Below, piece by piece: positions 37,255 to 45,700 of a DNA stretch of 64,000 nucleotides. The notes under the pieces are model-generated. The model saw only the letters and a program-made list of their open reading frames with translations. It searched no databases and was not told the DNA's origin. The position numbers and the translations under genes were made by a program. Numbering within the stretch: position 1 is the stretch's first letter; each line of letters opens with the position of its first letter. This DNA is from an uncultured Candidatus Poseidoniales archaeon (GTDB lineage Archaea > Thermoplasmatota > Poseidoniia > Poseidoniales > Thalassarchaeaceae), in contig CAZMVZ010000002.1 of the NCBI GenBank assembly GCA_964570065.1, positions 20,813 to 84,812 on the forward strand. Reading direction: 5' to 3'.

Positions 37255-37953
37255 TCATGCAACTGCTGTGATATCCACGATGAATCCCATCTCTGGCATC
37301 ACCTTCCAGCCTATTCTCTCCGTCACCGGTCCCGCTGCCCTTAGGAACCTAGTTACTCCCACGGTTCTCACCATCTGCCCTCCGACGACTGCAGTCATCA
37401 TATCCAAGACGATTTCAGCGGAGTTCTTCATGTCCCTGAGGACTCCGCCTTCCATCTCATCTGGATCGATGGTGAGTATCAGTGTCCTCCCTTCGGATGT
37501 GAATCTCCTGAGGATCCTCATCAGATCCTTGCCGGACATCTCTTCGGGCATCAGTTCGGAGGCCCTGTCGATGATGACGACCTCGGCCTCTTTTGATGCC
37601 GGGGAATCCAGTATGTCGAGTAGTGAGACGCTCTCTTCAGATGGTTCTGCTATGACTCCGAAGCTGGATATCAGATGGAATGAGCCCTCGTCGATCCTCT
37701 TGTCCATGTAGTAACCGATGCTGGCAACCTGCTCGAGCCACCCCCTAGTGGTTAGTTCGGTTGTGAATAGAGACACCCTGACGTCGTTTGCCGTCATGCC
37801 GAAAGACATTCTCTGGCCGATGATGCTCTTCCCGGAGCCTATCCCCCCGCAGACGAGCATGAGTGCCCGGTTCGGGATTGCAGTGCCCATGCTCTGGCCT
37901 AGGCTGTCTTGGATGACGCCGAACTCGAAGTTGTCAACGTTAGGGCTTGACAA
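37255..37953 (-). CDS. flaH: Archaellum protein FlaH/ArlH (RecA/KaiC-like ATP-binding)
   Basis: 'LVCGGIGSGKSIIGQRMSFG' is Walker A, followed by 'VSLFTTELT'. The protein is 232 aa and sits between the FlaG-like gene and flaI. Confidence 0.85.
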   Translation of the reverse strand: MSSPNVDNFEFGVIQDSLGQSMGTAIPNRALMLVCGGIGSGKSIIGQRMSFGMTANDVRVSLFTTELTTRGWLEQVASIGYYMDKRIDEGSFHLISSFGVIAEPSEESVSLLDILDSPASKEAEVVIIDRASELMPEEMSGKDLMRILRRFTSEGRTLILTIDPDEMEGGVLRDMKNSAEIVLDMMTAVVGGQMVRTVGVTRFLRAAGPVTERIGWKVMPEMGFIVDITAVA

Positions 37954-38425
37954 TTCGGACTTCCTCCCTTAGTGTATCTTGTCCGGTGTAGCCGGTCGCA
38001 GTGGATGAGACGCTGACTGACATCAACAGGTCGTTGTCCCCCTCCGATAGGTCTGTGTCGAGCCCGGAATTGGTGAGGGTAAACTGGACGGTTTCTCCCG
38101 GCAGCCATTCCGTAGTAACCCCATCAGTGACTGTCACGGTCATCGTTGCGCCTCCTAGTGTAGCACCCACCGAGTTGACGTCCAAGAAGGTGTCCCCCGA
38201 GTTCTGCAGGTGTATCTTCGCATTATCGGTCCCCTCCCATTGGATGTTGATCGGGTCGCTGACTAGGGAAACGCGTGTCCTGACGTCCTCCGCCCCCTGT
38301 TTCCCCCTCTCGTCCAGAACGTCATCCATGTCATCCCATGTCTGAAGCAGGATTCCAGAGACCAGTGCTGCAACGATTAGCCCAGCGCTCAGTAGGATCA
38401 TTTCTGAGGGTCCGCTTGCTGCCAT
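37940..38425 (-). CDS. flaG: FlaG/ArlG-like archaellin-domain protein (assigned by position)
   Basis: An N-terminal helix 'MILLSAGLIVAALVSGILL' is followed by a beta-sandwich with 'IHLQNSGDTFLDV' and 'WLPGETVQFTL'. Distinguishing FlaF from FlaG on sequence alone is not secure. Confidence 0.55.
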   Translation of the reverse strand: MAASGPSEMILLSAGLIVAALVSGILLQTWDDMDDVLDERGKQGAEDVRTRVSLVSDPINIQWEGTDNAKIHLQNSGDTFLDVNSVGATLGGATMTVTVTDGVTTEWLPGETVQFTLTNSGLDTDLSEGDNDLLMSVSVSSTATGYTGQDTLREEVRIVKP

Positions 38426-38435
38426 TCTTTCCGCC

Positions 38436-39134
38436 TCACGTTATGGTTACGGTCTCCGCGTCGTTGTAGTCGTATATAGCAAGGAAGGCCCTGTCTGGGT
38501 CGTCTCCTATTGCGAATCCATGAGTGGTGGGATCCAATGGGAATGCGTCAGTGGATAGTTGCTCGCCGGGAAACAGGTACAGATTGGTGCCGGAATAGTG
38601 GTTCACGAAGGGGGTGAATGGGGTTCCTTGGGCTTTTGTCCCAGTGTCTGAGAGAGTCAAGAAAATGTGTGAGAGGTCTACCGTTTCAGAACCGGTGTTC
38701 CTGATGGTTATGGTGTTCTGATCATGGAGGGCATCTATTGTCCCAGTAGCATCGTTATTACCGCATCCAGAAATGGTGATTGTGTTTCCAACTGCGTAGT
38801 CAGAACCCGGTTGCTCTACTGTAATCGAGTCAACCGCACCCGCAGTTTGGGTTACTGACACCACCAGTCCGGAACCGTCTCCACCAGTTGTTGTACACCC
38901 CCCGCCGGTGACATATCCTGATCCGCCAGAGTCAACTGAAAGGGAATTTACTGGACCTGTTGATTCGACCTTGTCTGTAACGCTCAGGAGTACCACTTCT
39001 GGTTCGCTCAGCTCGAACTCGGAGTTCTTCACGGACTCGTCGATGCTCTCGACCATGGTCACGGTGGCCATTCCGAACACCATTATGAAAACGGTGCCGA
39101 CGACCATTGCCCCGACGCTTGACCCGGCCATCAA
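38436..39134 (-). CDS. flaF: FlaF/ArlF-like archaellin-domain protein with an extra Gly-rich insert
   Basis: The N-terminal helix is 'VGAMVVGTVFIMVFGMATV'. The C-terminal part has 'ITIRNTGSETVDLSHIFL' and 'LFPGEQL'. An insert of about 80 aa reads 'VDSGGSGYVTGGGCTTTGGDGSG...PGSDYAVGNTITISGCG'. Confidence 0.5.
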   Translation of the reverse strand: MMAGSSVGAMVVGTVFIMVFGMATVTMVESIDESVKNSEFELSEPEVVLLSVTDKVESTGPVNSLSVDSGGSGYVTGGGCTTTGGDGSGLVVSVTQTAGAVDSITVEQPGSDYAVGNTITISGCGNNDATGTIDALHDQNTITIRNTGSETVDLSHIFLTLSDTGTKAQGTPFTPFVNHYSGTNLYLFPGEQLSTDAFPLDPTTHGFAIGDDPDRAFLAIYDYNDAETVTIT

Positions 39135-39143
39135 ATCCCCCCC

Positions 39144-39956
39144 CTAGGGAGTCCCCTGGGCCCTCCAAGCCTCGATCATCGCAGCGAATGTCAGCAGGGT
39201 CCTGTTGTCGACGGATGGCGCCCCTTCGGATGCCTCTCCGGGCTCTGCCAGGGAGACTATGGCGCTGAGCGCCTTGCCCTCCGTTGGGGTGATGACTCCC
39301 GACTTTGAGGCTGCGCCCAGGAAGACGAGGGCGTCCGTCCCGCTCAAGCGGTCAAGCAGGAGGGCGGCTATCTTCGTCGGATCGACGCTGGGCCCATGCA
39401 TCAGGGCCTCCTCCTCGGAGCTCCTCAGGAATGGGTTCACTGCTAGGGACTGTGCCTCGTAGAGGTCTAGCAGGCCCGGGCCCCCAGCCAGCCCTCCGGC
39501 GACCTGTCCCCCTCCGGAGGCATCGTCCGCCACCGGTCGGCTCGTTACCGAGCCATCGTCCCCCACTGTGTGGATTACGTCGCCGCCTCCCGCATCGGAA
39601 GCGGCGGGAGCGGAGACGGACACCGACTCCGCGGCGATCTTGGCGGTCTGCTGGGCGGTCATCTTGATGTTGGCCTCCATCAGGTCCATGGCGGTCTCCA
39701 GCCTCTCGAACCTGTCCTTCACCATGTCAACGAGCTCGGGGATCTTGTCCTGTCCCTGGCTCGCCTGTGGGTCGCCCAGAACCCCCACCCTAGTCCCGGA
39801 TGGGGCGAAGAGCCAGGCCTCTAGGTCGGTCGGCCTGAACTCCGTGGGTATGTCCACGTGCTCCACGGATAGCCTAGCGGCCTTGTCCAGACGGGAGGCC
39901 ATGCCGGAGTCGGCATTGGTATCAGAGGAGGAACGGAACTTGTCCATTATCCCCAT
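39144..39956 (-). CDS. Hypothetical archaellum-operon protein in the position normally held by FlaC/D/E
   Basis: The 270-aa protein has no TM segment. A coiled-coil-like 'VDMVKDRFERLETAMDLMEANIKMTAQQTAKIAAE' is followed by a G/A/D/S-rich linker and a C-terminal helical domain. I recognise no FlaD/E motif. Confidence 0.4.
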   Translation of the reverse strand: MGIMDKFRSSSDTNADSGMASRLDKAARLSVEHVDIPTEFRPTDLEAWLFAPSGTRVGVLGDPQASQGQDKIPELVDMVKDRFERLETAMDLMEANIKMTAQQTAKIAAESVSVSAPAASDAGGGDVIHTVGDDGSVTSRPVADDASGGGQVAGGLAGGPGLLDLYEAQSLAVNPFLRSSEEEALMHGPSVDPTKIAALLLDRLSGTDALVFLGAASKSGVITPTEGKALSAIVSLAEPGEASEGAPSVDNRTLLTFAAMIEAWRAQGTP

Positions 39957-40009
39957 CTGAGCACCTCATTCTGCCATCACCCTTTCTTTCTCCGTTGGTT
40001 CTTTCCTGA

Positions 40010-40870
40010 TCACATCATGGATGAGCCAAGAGTCAGCGAGTCGATCTTCAGCGTTGCGAGAGTCTCTCCGCCGCCGTCGACGACGATTCTCATGTCCAGC
40101 TCCTGTCCTGTTCCTGCCTCAGCATCGCAGCCAGGGTCGTCGCCTAGATCGAAGTCGTCTCCGTCGATTTCGCCGTCGTCGTCGTGGTCTGTTACCCCCA
40201 GGGCAATTTCGAACTTGAAGACGGTGCCCGCGGTGAGCTCCTCTCCCGAGAAGAATGCGTCATCCCGAACTATGCCGTCATCAAGCCCAGTTGTTAGATC
40301 CCAATCGTCTATTACGGTAATCTCGTCACCATTACCATAGTCTACGAGAGCCTTGCCTCCAGCGCTGTTGGTGTCCCCATTGGTGTCGATGTCATTCCAA
40401 GCGGTAGCGGATACATCCGTGATAACGTAAGTCCCGCCAGGGAGCATGTCCTCGTCCTCTATGCCGGTGGTGTCACCGACTCCCTTCAGGTCCGCAGTGC
40501 CCGAGTCGACTACAGCGAAGGTGTTCGAGGCATCGGTGTAAGTCACCTTGCAGGATATGGAGTACTCGATGTCCCCATCGGCCACCCCTATCGAACCTGA
40601 CGAGATCCTGCCGATGACCTCCATGGTGGACACGTCCGTGGAGGACCCGGCGTGCAATGGGTCAGCAGCGGTCTTGACGAACACGTCTACCACGGAGACC
40701 TTCCCGGAGATCTGCTTCCTTGTGTCGTCGCTGGTATTCTCTGCGTTCTGCTGGAGCTCCTCAGCGGTCTTGATTATGATGGTAGAGGCGACTGCGGCCA
40801 CGAGGATCAGTGCGATGAAAACGATCATCGCGCCGATACCGATCGAACCGGATTCGTTGTCTCTATCCAT
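40010..40870 (-). CDS. flaB: Archaellin (FlaB/ArlB) paralog 2
   Basis: The class III signal is 'MDRDNESG|SIGIGAMIVFIALILVAAVASTIIIKTAEELQ'. I prefer ATG 40870 because GGAGGAGG lies 9 nt upstream. The track ORF starts at 40888. Confidence 0.9.
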   Translation of the reverse strand: MDRDNESGSIGIGAMIVFIALILVAAVASTIIIKTAEELQQNAENTSDDTRKQISGKVSVVDVFVKTAADPLHAGSSTDVSTMEVIGRISSGSIGVADGDIEYSISCKVTYTDASNTFAVVDSGTADLKGVGDTTGIEDEDMLPGGTYVITDVSATAWNDIDTNGDTNSAGGKALVDYGNGDEITVIDDWDLTTGLDDGIVRDDAFFSGEELTAGTVFKFEIALGVTDHDDDGEIDGDDFDLGDDPGCDAEAGTGQELDMRIVVDGGGETLATLKIDSLTLGSSMM

Positions 40871-40888
40871 GATATAAGCCTCCTCCAT

Positions 40889-41602
40889 TCAGACCACCGC
40901 CTTTCCGGAAACGACGGAATCTATCGATAGCTCTGAGATGGTAGTACCGCCTCCATCGACGATCATCTTCAGTTGAAGGGTCTCCCCGACTCCAGACAGG
41001 GTCGCGCATGGGCCTGACCCGGCAGTGCCCAGGTAGTCCTTGTCGAGGTCTATGTCGAACTTGAACACGGTTCCAGCAGTGAGCTCTTGTGAAGAGGTAA
41101 AGGCCGCTCCTGCCAGAGTCTCGGCGTTTGGCTGGGACCAGGTCCCTGCTCCGTCGTCACCATTTCCGTTGACCCCGTCTGCCCCGTCGACATTGGTCCC
41201 TGCTACCCCTGCTATGACCTGCCCCCATGGGGACTCTGTCCCCAGGTTGGCGGTCACGATGCCGAAGCTGGCAGTGTCTCCGCAGGTTACCATGAAGTCG
41301 ATGTTGTTGACGAGCACATCGGTCGAACCGGATGCCACCTTGGCGGTAACTATCACGCTGTTGATGTCCGTGCCATCGCTACCATTGACGATCATGTTGA
41401 TTATCGATATCTTACCGGAAATCTCCTTTCTCGTGTCGTCGCTGGTTGACTCGGCGTTCTGCTGTAGCTCTTCGGCGGTCTTTATGATGATCGTCGAGGC
41501 CACGGCGGCAACTAGGATCAGGGCGATGAAAACGATCATCGCACCAATACCGATGGAGCCCTCCTCTTGGTTTCTTTCTACTGTCTGGTCGTATTCGCTC
41601 AT
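40889..41602 (-). CDS. flaB: Archaellin (FlaB/ArlB) paralog 1
   Basis: 'MSEYDQTVERNQEEG|SIGIGAMIVFIALILVAAVASTIIIKTAEELQQNAE' has a hydrophobic N-terminal helix identical to paralog 2. It is the first gene of the operon. Confidence 0.9.
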   Translation of the reverse strand: MSEYDQTVERNQEEGSIGIGAMIVFIALILVAAVASTIIIKTAEELQQNAESTSDDTRKEISGKISIINMIVNGSDGTDINSVIVTAKVASGSTDVLVNNIDFMVTCGDTASFGIVTANLGTESPWGQVIAGVAGTNVDGADGVNGNGDDGAGTWSQPNAETLAGAAFTSSQELTAGTVFKFDIDLDKDYLGTAGSGPCATLSGVGETLQLKMIVDGGGTTISELSIDSVVSGKAVV

Positions 41603-41635
41603 TGCGTGTTCACCCGTGCCCCCCTGTGAATGCTA

Positions 41636-41660
41636 ATCATTTATGATATTACTGTAATAA
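41636..41660 (-). promoter_or_regulatory. Candidate archaellin promoter: TATA-like box plus a perfect palindrome
   Basis: This is the only A/T-rich patch in the 89-nt gap upstream of flaB1. On the minus strand 'TCATAAATGA' (41637-41646) lies about 37 nt from the ATG, GGTGA lies 8 nt before the ATG, and the palindrome ATTACtGTAAT lies at 41648-41658. Confidence 0.3.
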
Positions 41661-41691
41661 TCAAGGAAAAATGAAGTTCGGGGTATCGAAT

Positions 41692-42735
41692 CTAGCTTCC
41701 GATCCCGACCGCTTCCCTGAGGTTAATTACCTCGATTGGGACGTGTACGACCTCGCCCGGCCCGAGGTTCTCAACCAGTGGGAGCCGGAGGGTCTCGAAG
41801 CCCTCTGGCATCCACGGGTCGAGGAGGAGGCCATCCATCATGTTCGGCGTCCTGTTCTCCAGCCTAGTCTGGACTCTCAGGGAACCGTAATCCACATGAT
41901 ACCCGGTGGCGATGTTCAGGCTGCTGCCGAGAAGAGCGGTCTGGGGGAACGATCCCGATGGGCGGATCTCGATCCCGATTTCTATGAATCCCTCGGGGGG
42001 TATCTCTGGGATCTCACACATCTTCGGGGTGGATGTCCATCCGTACGGGATTGGCGGTGCCAGCCTCATCGTGGAGATGTTGTTCTCACCGGTGTTCTCG
42101 AGTGTGATTACCATCAGGGCGTGGTCCTTGCCCTCTGGCCATGTTGTTCCTATGGAGAGGAAGAAGGCGTTCACGAGGAATGGGCTGGTCGCTTCGTTCA
42201 CTGCTACGGGTCCTAGTGCGCTAATTGCGTCCTCGAAGGCCTTGGCGGAAGACGACATGTCTGAGTCCAGGGATTTCTTTCCCTGGTTGACCAGTGTGAG
42301 TGCTATCTCCTCTATGTCGCTTAGCTCACCCATCTCGTTGAGGTGCCTTCCGAGCGTGTTTAGTGAGCGTTCCAAGCCATCCCTCCCCATGGAAGCGACG
42401 GCCCCCTCCACGCAATCGGCAGCTGCCCCCCAGTTGCCCTCTCTGAGGTGCTGTAGTCCCAGCATCGTTAGGTCCCAGGCACTGCGGTCCCCCTCGGACA
42501 TCTGCTCGAGCTCCTCCAAGGAGCGTTCTAGCGAAGACAGGGCCCTGTAGAGGTCCATGATTTGGCCCTCAGCATCATCGACCTCCTTTGACAGTGTCTT
42601 CAGCATCTTCTTGGCGCTTATCGGCCTGTTGGCCCATATTGCGAACTGGATGTTCTCCGCCTCTTCCTCGATGTAGTCTATCCTCTTCAGGGTGGCCTCG
42701 GCGCCTCCGATAGCTGGTGCTTGTTCTCTGGACAA
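41692..42735 (-). CDS. Hypothetical protein: helical N-half plus two CARDB/NEW3-like beta-sandwich signatures
   Basis: A TTG start lies 1 nt after the giant gene's TGA, with GGAGGAGGA just upstream. 'VITLENTGENNISTMRLAPPIPYGW' and 'LGPGEVVHVPIEVIN' are beta-sandwich-like. No signal peptide or TM segment is seen. Confidence 0.5.
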   Translation of the reverse strand: MSREQAPAIGGAEATLKRIDYIEEEAENIQFAIWANRPISAKKMLKTLSKEVDDAEGQIMDLYRALSSLERSLEELEQMSEGDRSAWDLTMLGLQHLREGNWGAAADCVEGAVASMGRDGLERSLNTLGRHLNEMGELSDIEEIALTLVNQGKKSLDSDMSSSAKAFEDAISALGPVAVNEATSPFLVNAFFLSIGTTWPEGKDHALMVITLENTGENNISTMRLAPPIPYGWTSTPKMCEIPEIPPEGFIEIGIEIRPSGSFPQTALLGSSLNIATGYHVDYGSLRVQTRLENRTPNMMDGLLLDPWMPEGFETLRLPLVENLGPGEVVHVPIEVINLREAVGIGS

Positions 42736-42736
42736 T

Positions 42737-45700
42737 TCAGTTTCCTCCTCCTGGCTTGTTTCCGGCCCTTCCCAGAATCTTCTTGATTCGTATCGCTCGC
42801 AGTTCGATGTCCGCTAGTTGGCTGTATAGCGTGTCGTATGAGCTATCGAGGAACCGCAGAATCATGTGGACGAGGATCGGGGATATCGCCAAGAAGGATA
42901 TTATCGTGACAATTGAGTCCGTCCCGGTGTCTATTGCGAGTGCTGGGGTGATCAGTACGAACGGCAGGAAGGCATATGGGGCGCAGGAGATTATTGCTCG
43001 TAGCTCCTTCCGAGTGTTTTTCTGTTCCTTGTCGTGGTCCTCCAGTATTGACATCGTCCCTATCCTGGATTTCTTCCTGTCATCATGGATGGCCTGAAGC
43101 TCGCTCGAGGAGAGCCATGCCACCAAGGCAGCGAATGCTACTGAGGCAATTGCGCAAATCAGGGTCAGCCATGTTGAGAGGCCGGTTAGCGAGAGCATCC
43201 CGAACCCCATAGATGCCACGTATGCAGAAGCATGTAGGCGCCCCTCTGCCTCATCCAACCCCTGTCTTAGTAGGGAGATTGCCACGAAAAGGATGGCTAG
43301 TGCGGCTAGAATAGCTGATGGGAAGCCGACCCCCGAAAGGGTGATGCTAGGCGTAGACCATGATTTGATTGATAGGTCGGCTTGGAGGTTGTCGTTGTCC
43401 ACTATGTTCCCGAATATCCCTCCCTGTTGGATAATGTCCGGTGGGAACGCCAAGGATGCCGTGCACTCCAGTGCCTCTGAGGATGAGAACCATGGGATTG
43501 GGTTCAACTGGATGGCCCACGATGCAGTGGCATTTTCCCCGGGCCCTAGAATAGGCAGTGTCTCTGATGAATATGGGTTGATGATCGTCGCGTATGGAGT
43601 CGCAGAGCAGTCCAGAATGACGTCGACGTTTGTTGGCATGACTGCATTGCCCGCATTGATCACCGTGACATCGACCCACGTCAGGTCTCCCTCTTCTCCG
43701 TCGCTCCTGAATGAGATACTGTCGATGAGGGGGTCGGTAGATTCCGACATCCTGAGTTTGACCACGAGATCGGTGGAGTATTCCGTGTTCGTACTCTCCT
43801 GGGGGTTCCTTAGTTGCAGGAAAATATTCCACCCGTCACCTGGAGCGAGGTTCTTCTTGTCTGGGATGATTATCTGGATGGTGATCGTCCCCCCATGGCC
43901 CTCACGCGCCCCTCCGTCATACGGGGTAGATGACTCTAGGTCCCATGCTGAGTTGCAAGTAGTTACGGTTGCCGTGGTAGCGGCGATGCCCTGACCCTGG
44001 TCTGCAAGGAGACACATGCCGCCGGTGGAGGGGTCGTGGTCTATGCTCATCCCCCAATGCACGAGGGGGTATGAAACCGATGGCACCAACCTTTCCGGAA
44101 GGTCGGCAGCGGAGTCATAGGGGTCCCTCTTCCCGTTCATGGCCAGGGTGAAGGTCCTCTCTGCGTCTGATGAGTTGCCCCATGAGTTGATGTTGGTCCA
44201 TGGAATCTCTATCTGTCGGCAGTTCGGGTCGGTGTTGCCCTCGCATGCAAAGTCCCCGGCTGTGTCGGAGTTGATTTGGTACTCGTCATCGGTCTGAGCC
44301 CTGACCACGATGATCGGGGTGGTGTCCTGCTGTGGGTCGACATCAACCCCGACCGGTGTGCGAATTAGTGTGAAGGACCCGGTCTCCCCTTGCCAATGGT
44401 CTGCTTGCAGAGTATTGAATGTGAACGTGAATGAGCTGGTCTGGCCGATGCCTAGAGTTAGGCTGGTTGAGCCAATGTTGTTGGCTACGCTGAACCTATC
44501 CATAGTTAGATCGAGGTCTTCCGTCTCCCACTGTACGGTCAATTGCATCTGGGCATTGCCCATGTTCTCCATCACGAAGTTGATCTCTCGGTCAACTCCG
44601 GGAACGATTGCAATCCTCTCCGGTGACTCCACCAACCGCACGTCGAACACCGGGAGCACCTCGATGACAATCGTCTTCGATCCCGCAGGGACCCCACCCC
44701 CCATGGCGACCCTGTCTTGGAGTGGGACGCTCTGAACGGTTCCATTGACCGAAATCGTAGATGGCCATGTTGGGTATGGGTCCGTGATGTTGACTGCCCT
44801 CAGTGTGATGTTGTGAGCCACGTATGCCTCGAGAATCTCGCCCCCATTGTTCAGATCGGGGAGCGTGATAGTGAGCATGACCTTGTGACTCGTTTCCGGC
44901 TCGATAGTGAATGCAGATTCGTTAACTGTGTAGGTCCAGTTGTTCGAGTTCCCGAAGTCTGCTGTCAGATTAAGCGTCTCCAACAGGTTTCCCCTGTTGA
45001 TCATGGTCACCTCGATTTCCACCGAATTACCGGGAGCGGCTTCGAATTCGGATGCTCCAATGAAGTCGATACGATGCTCGGGTGCGACTTGAACGTTCCA
45101 TTCGCTGGTGGACAACAGCGTGCCGTTGTAGTGTGCCGTGATATTGAAACTCTGAATCACATCGGCCCTAGCGAGTGAGCTTGCCTTTGCATAGACCCTC
45201 ACAATCCCCTGTGAACCGGGTGGAACCAACTGGGTTGTGTTCGTATCACAACCATCCGCATCCTCATTGAAGCAGACTTGGAGTTTGTCCGAATCTGAGA
45301 GGTGCAGAGCGAGGTCGTAGGTAATGTTGGTATTTCCAGTGTTGTTTAGAACTGTGATTATTGTTTTCTGACCCACCCTGTTTATCTCCGAGAGGTCGGG
45401 AGAGTCCGAGGGTGCGATCACCGCCGTCGATTGGATAGGGTAGAACTCTGCTGAGATGACCTCAGTTAGCCGGAATAAGGCGGACGCGTACGCCAGCAGT
45501 TCTCCGGTGTCAGTAGAATTCGCATAGACCCATATTTCGTGCACCTCATCGGCACTGGCTGAATCTGGGGGGGTTGCTGTAACCACGAGTTCGAACTGGT
45601 CTAAGGTGGCCCTTCCACCGGTTCCATTGTCGGGGAAAAGATTGGTTCTGGACGGCAGCATGTTGGCTGCTGGGGGGATGGAGATTGTCCAGCCTTCCTT

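Noticed and set aside
39205-39960. Plus-strand ORFs (85-130 aa; e.g. 39305..39667, R/P/G-rich) antisense to the 270-aa archaellum-operon gene. Similar antisense ORFs lie inside the archaellins, flaI and the giant gene.
   Set aside because: They are artefacts of locally very high GC (up to ~80% in 60-nt stretches). They are low-complexity, overlap better-supported minus-strand genes across their whole length, and break the operon logic.
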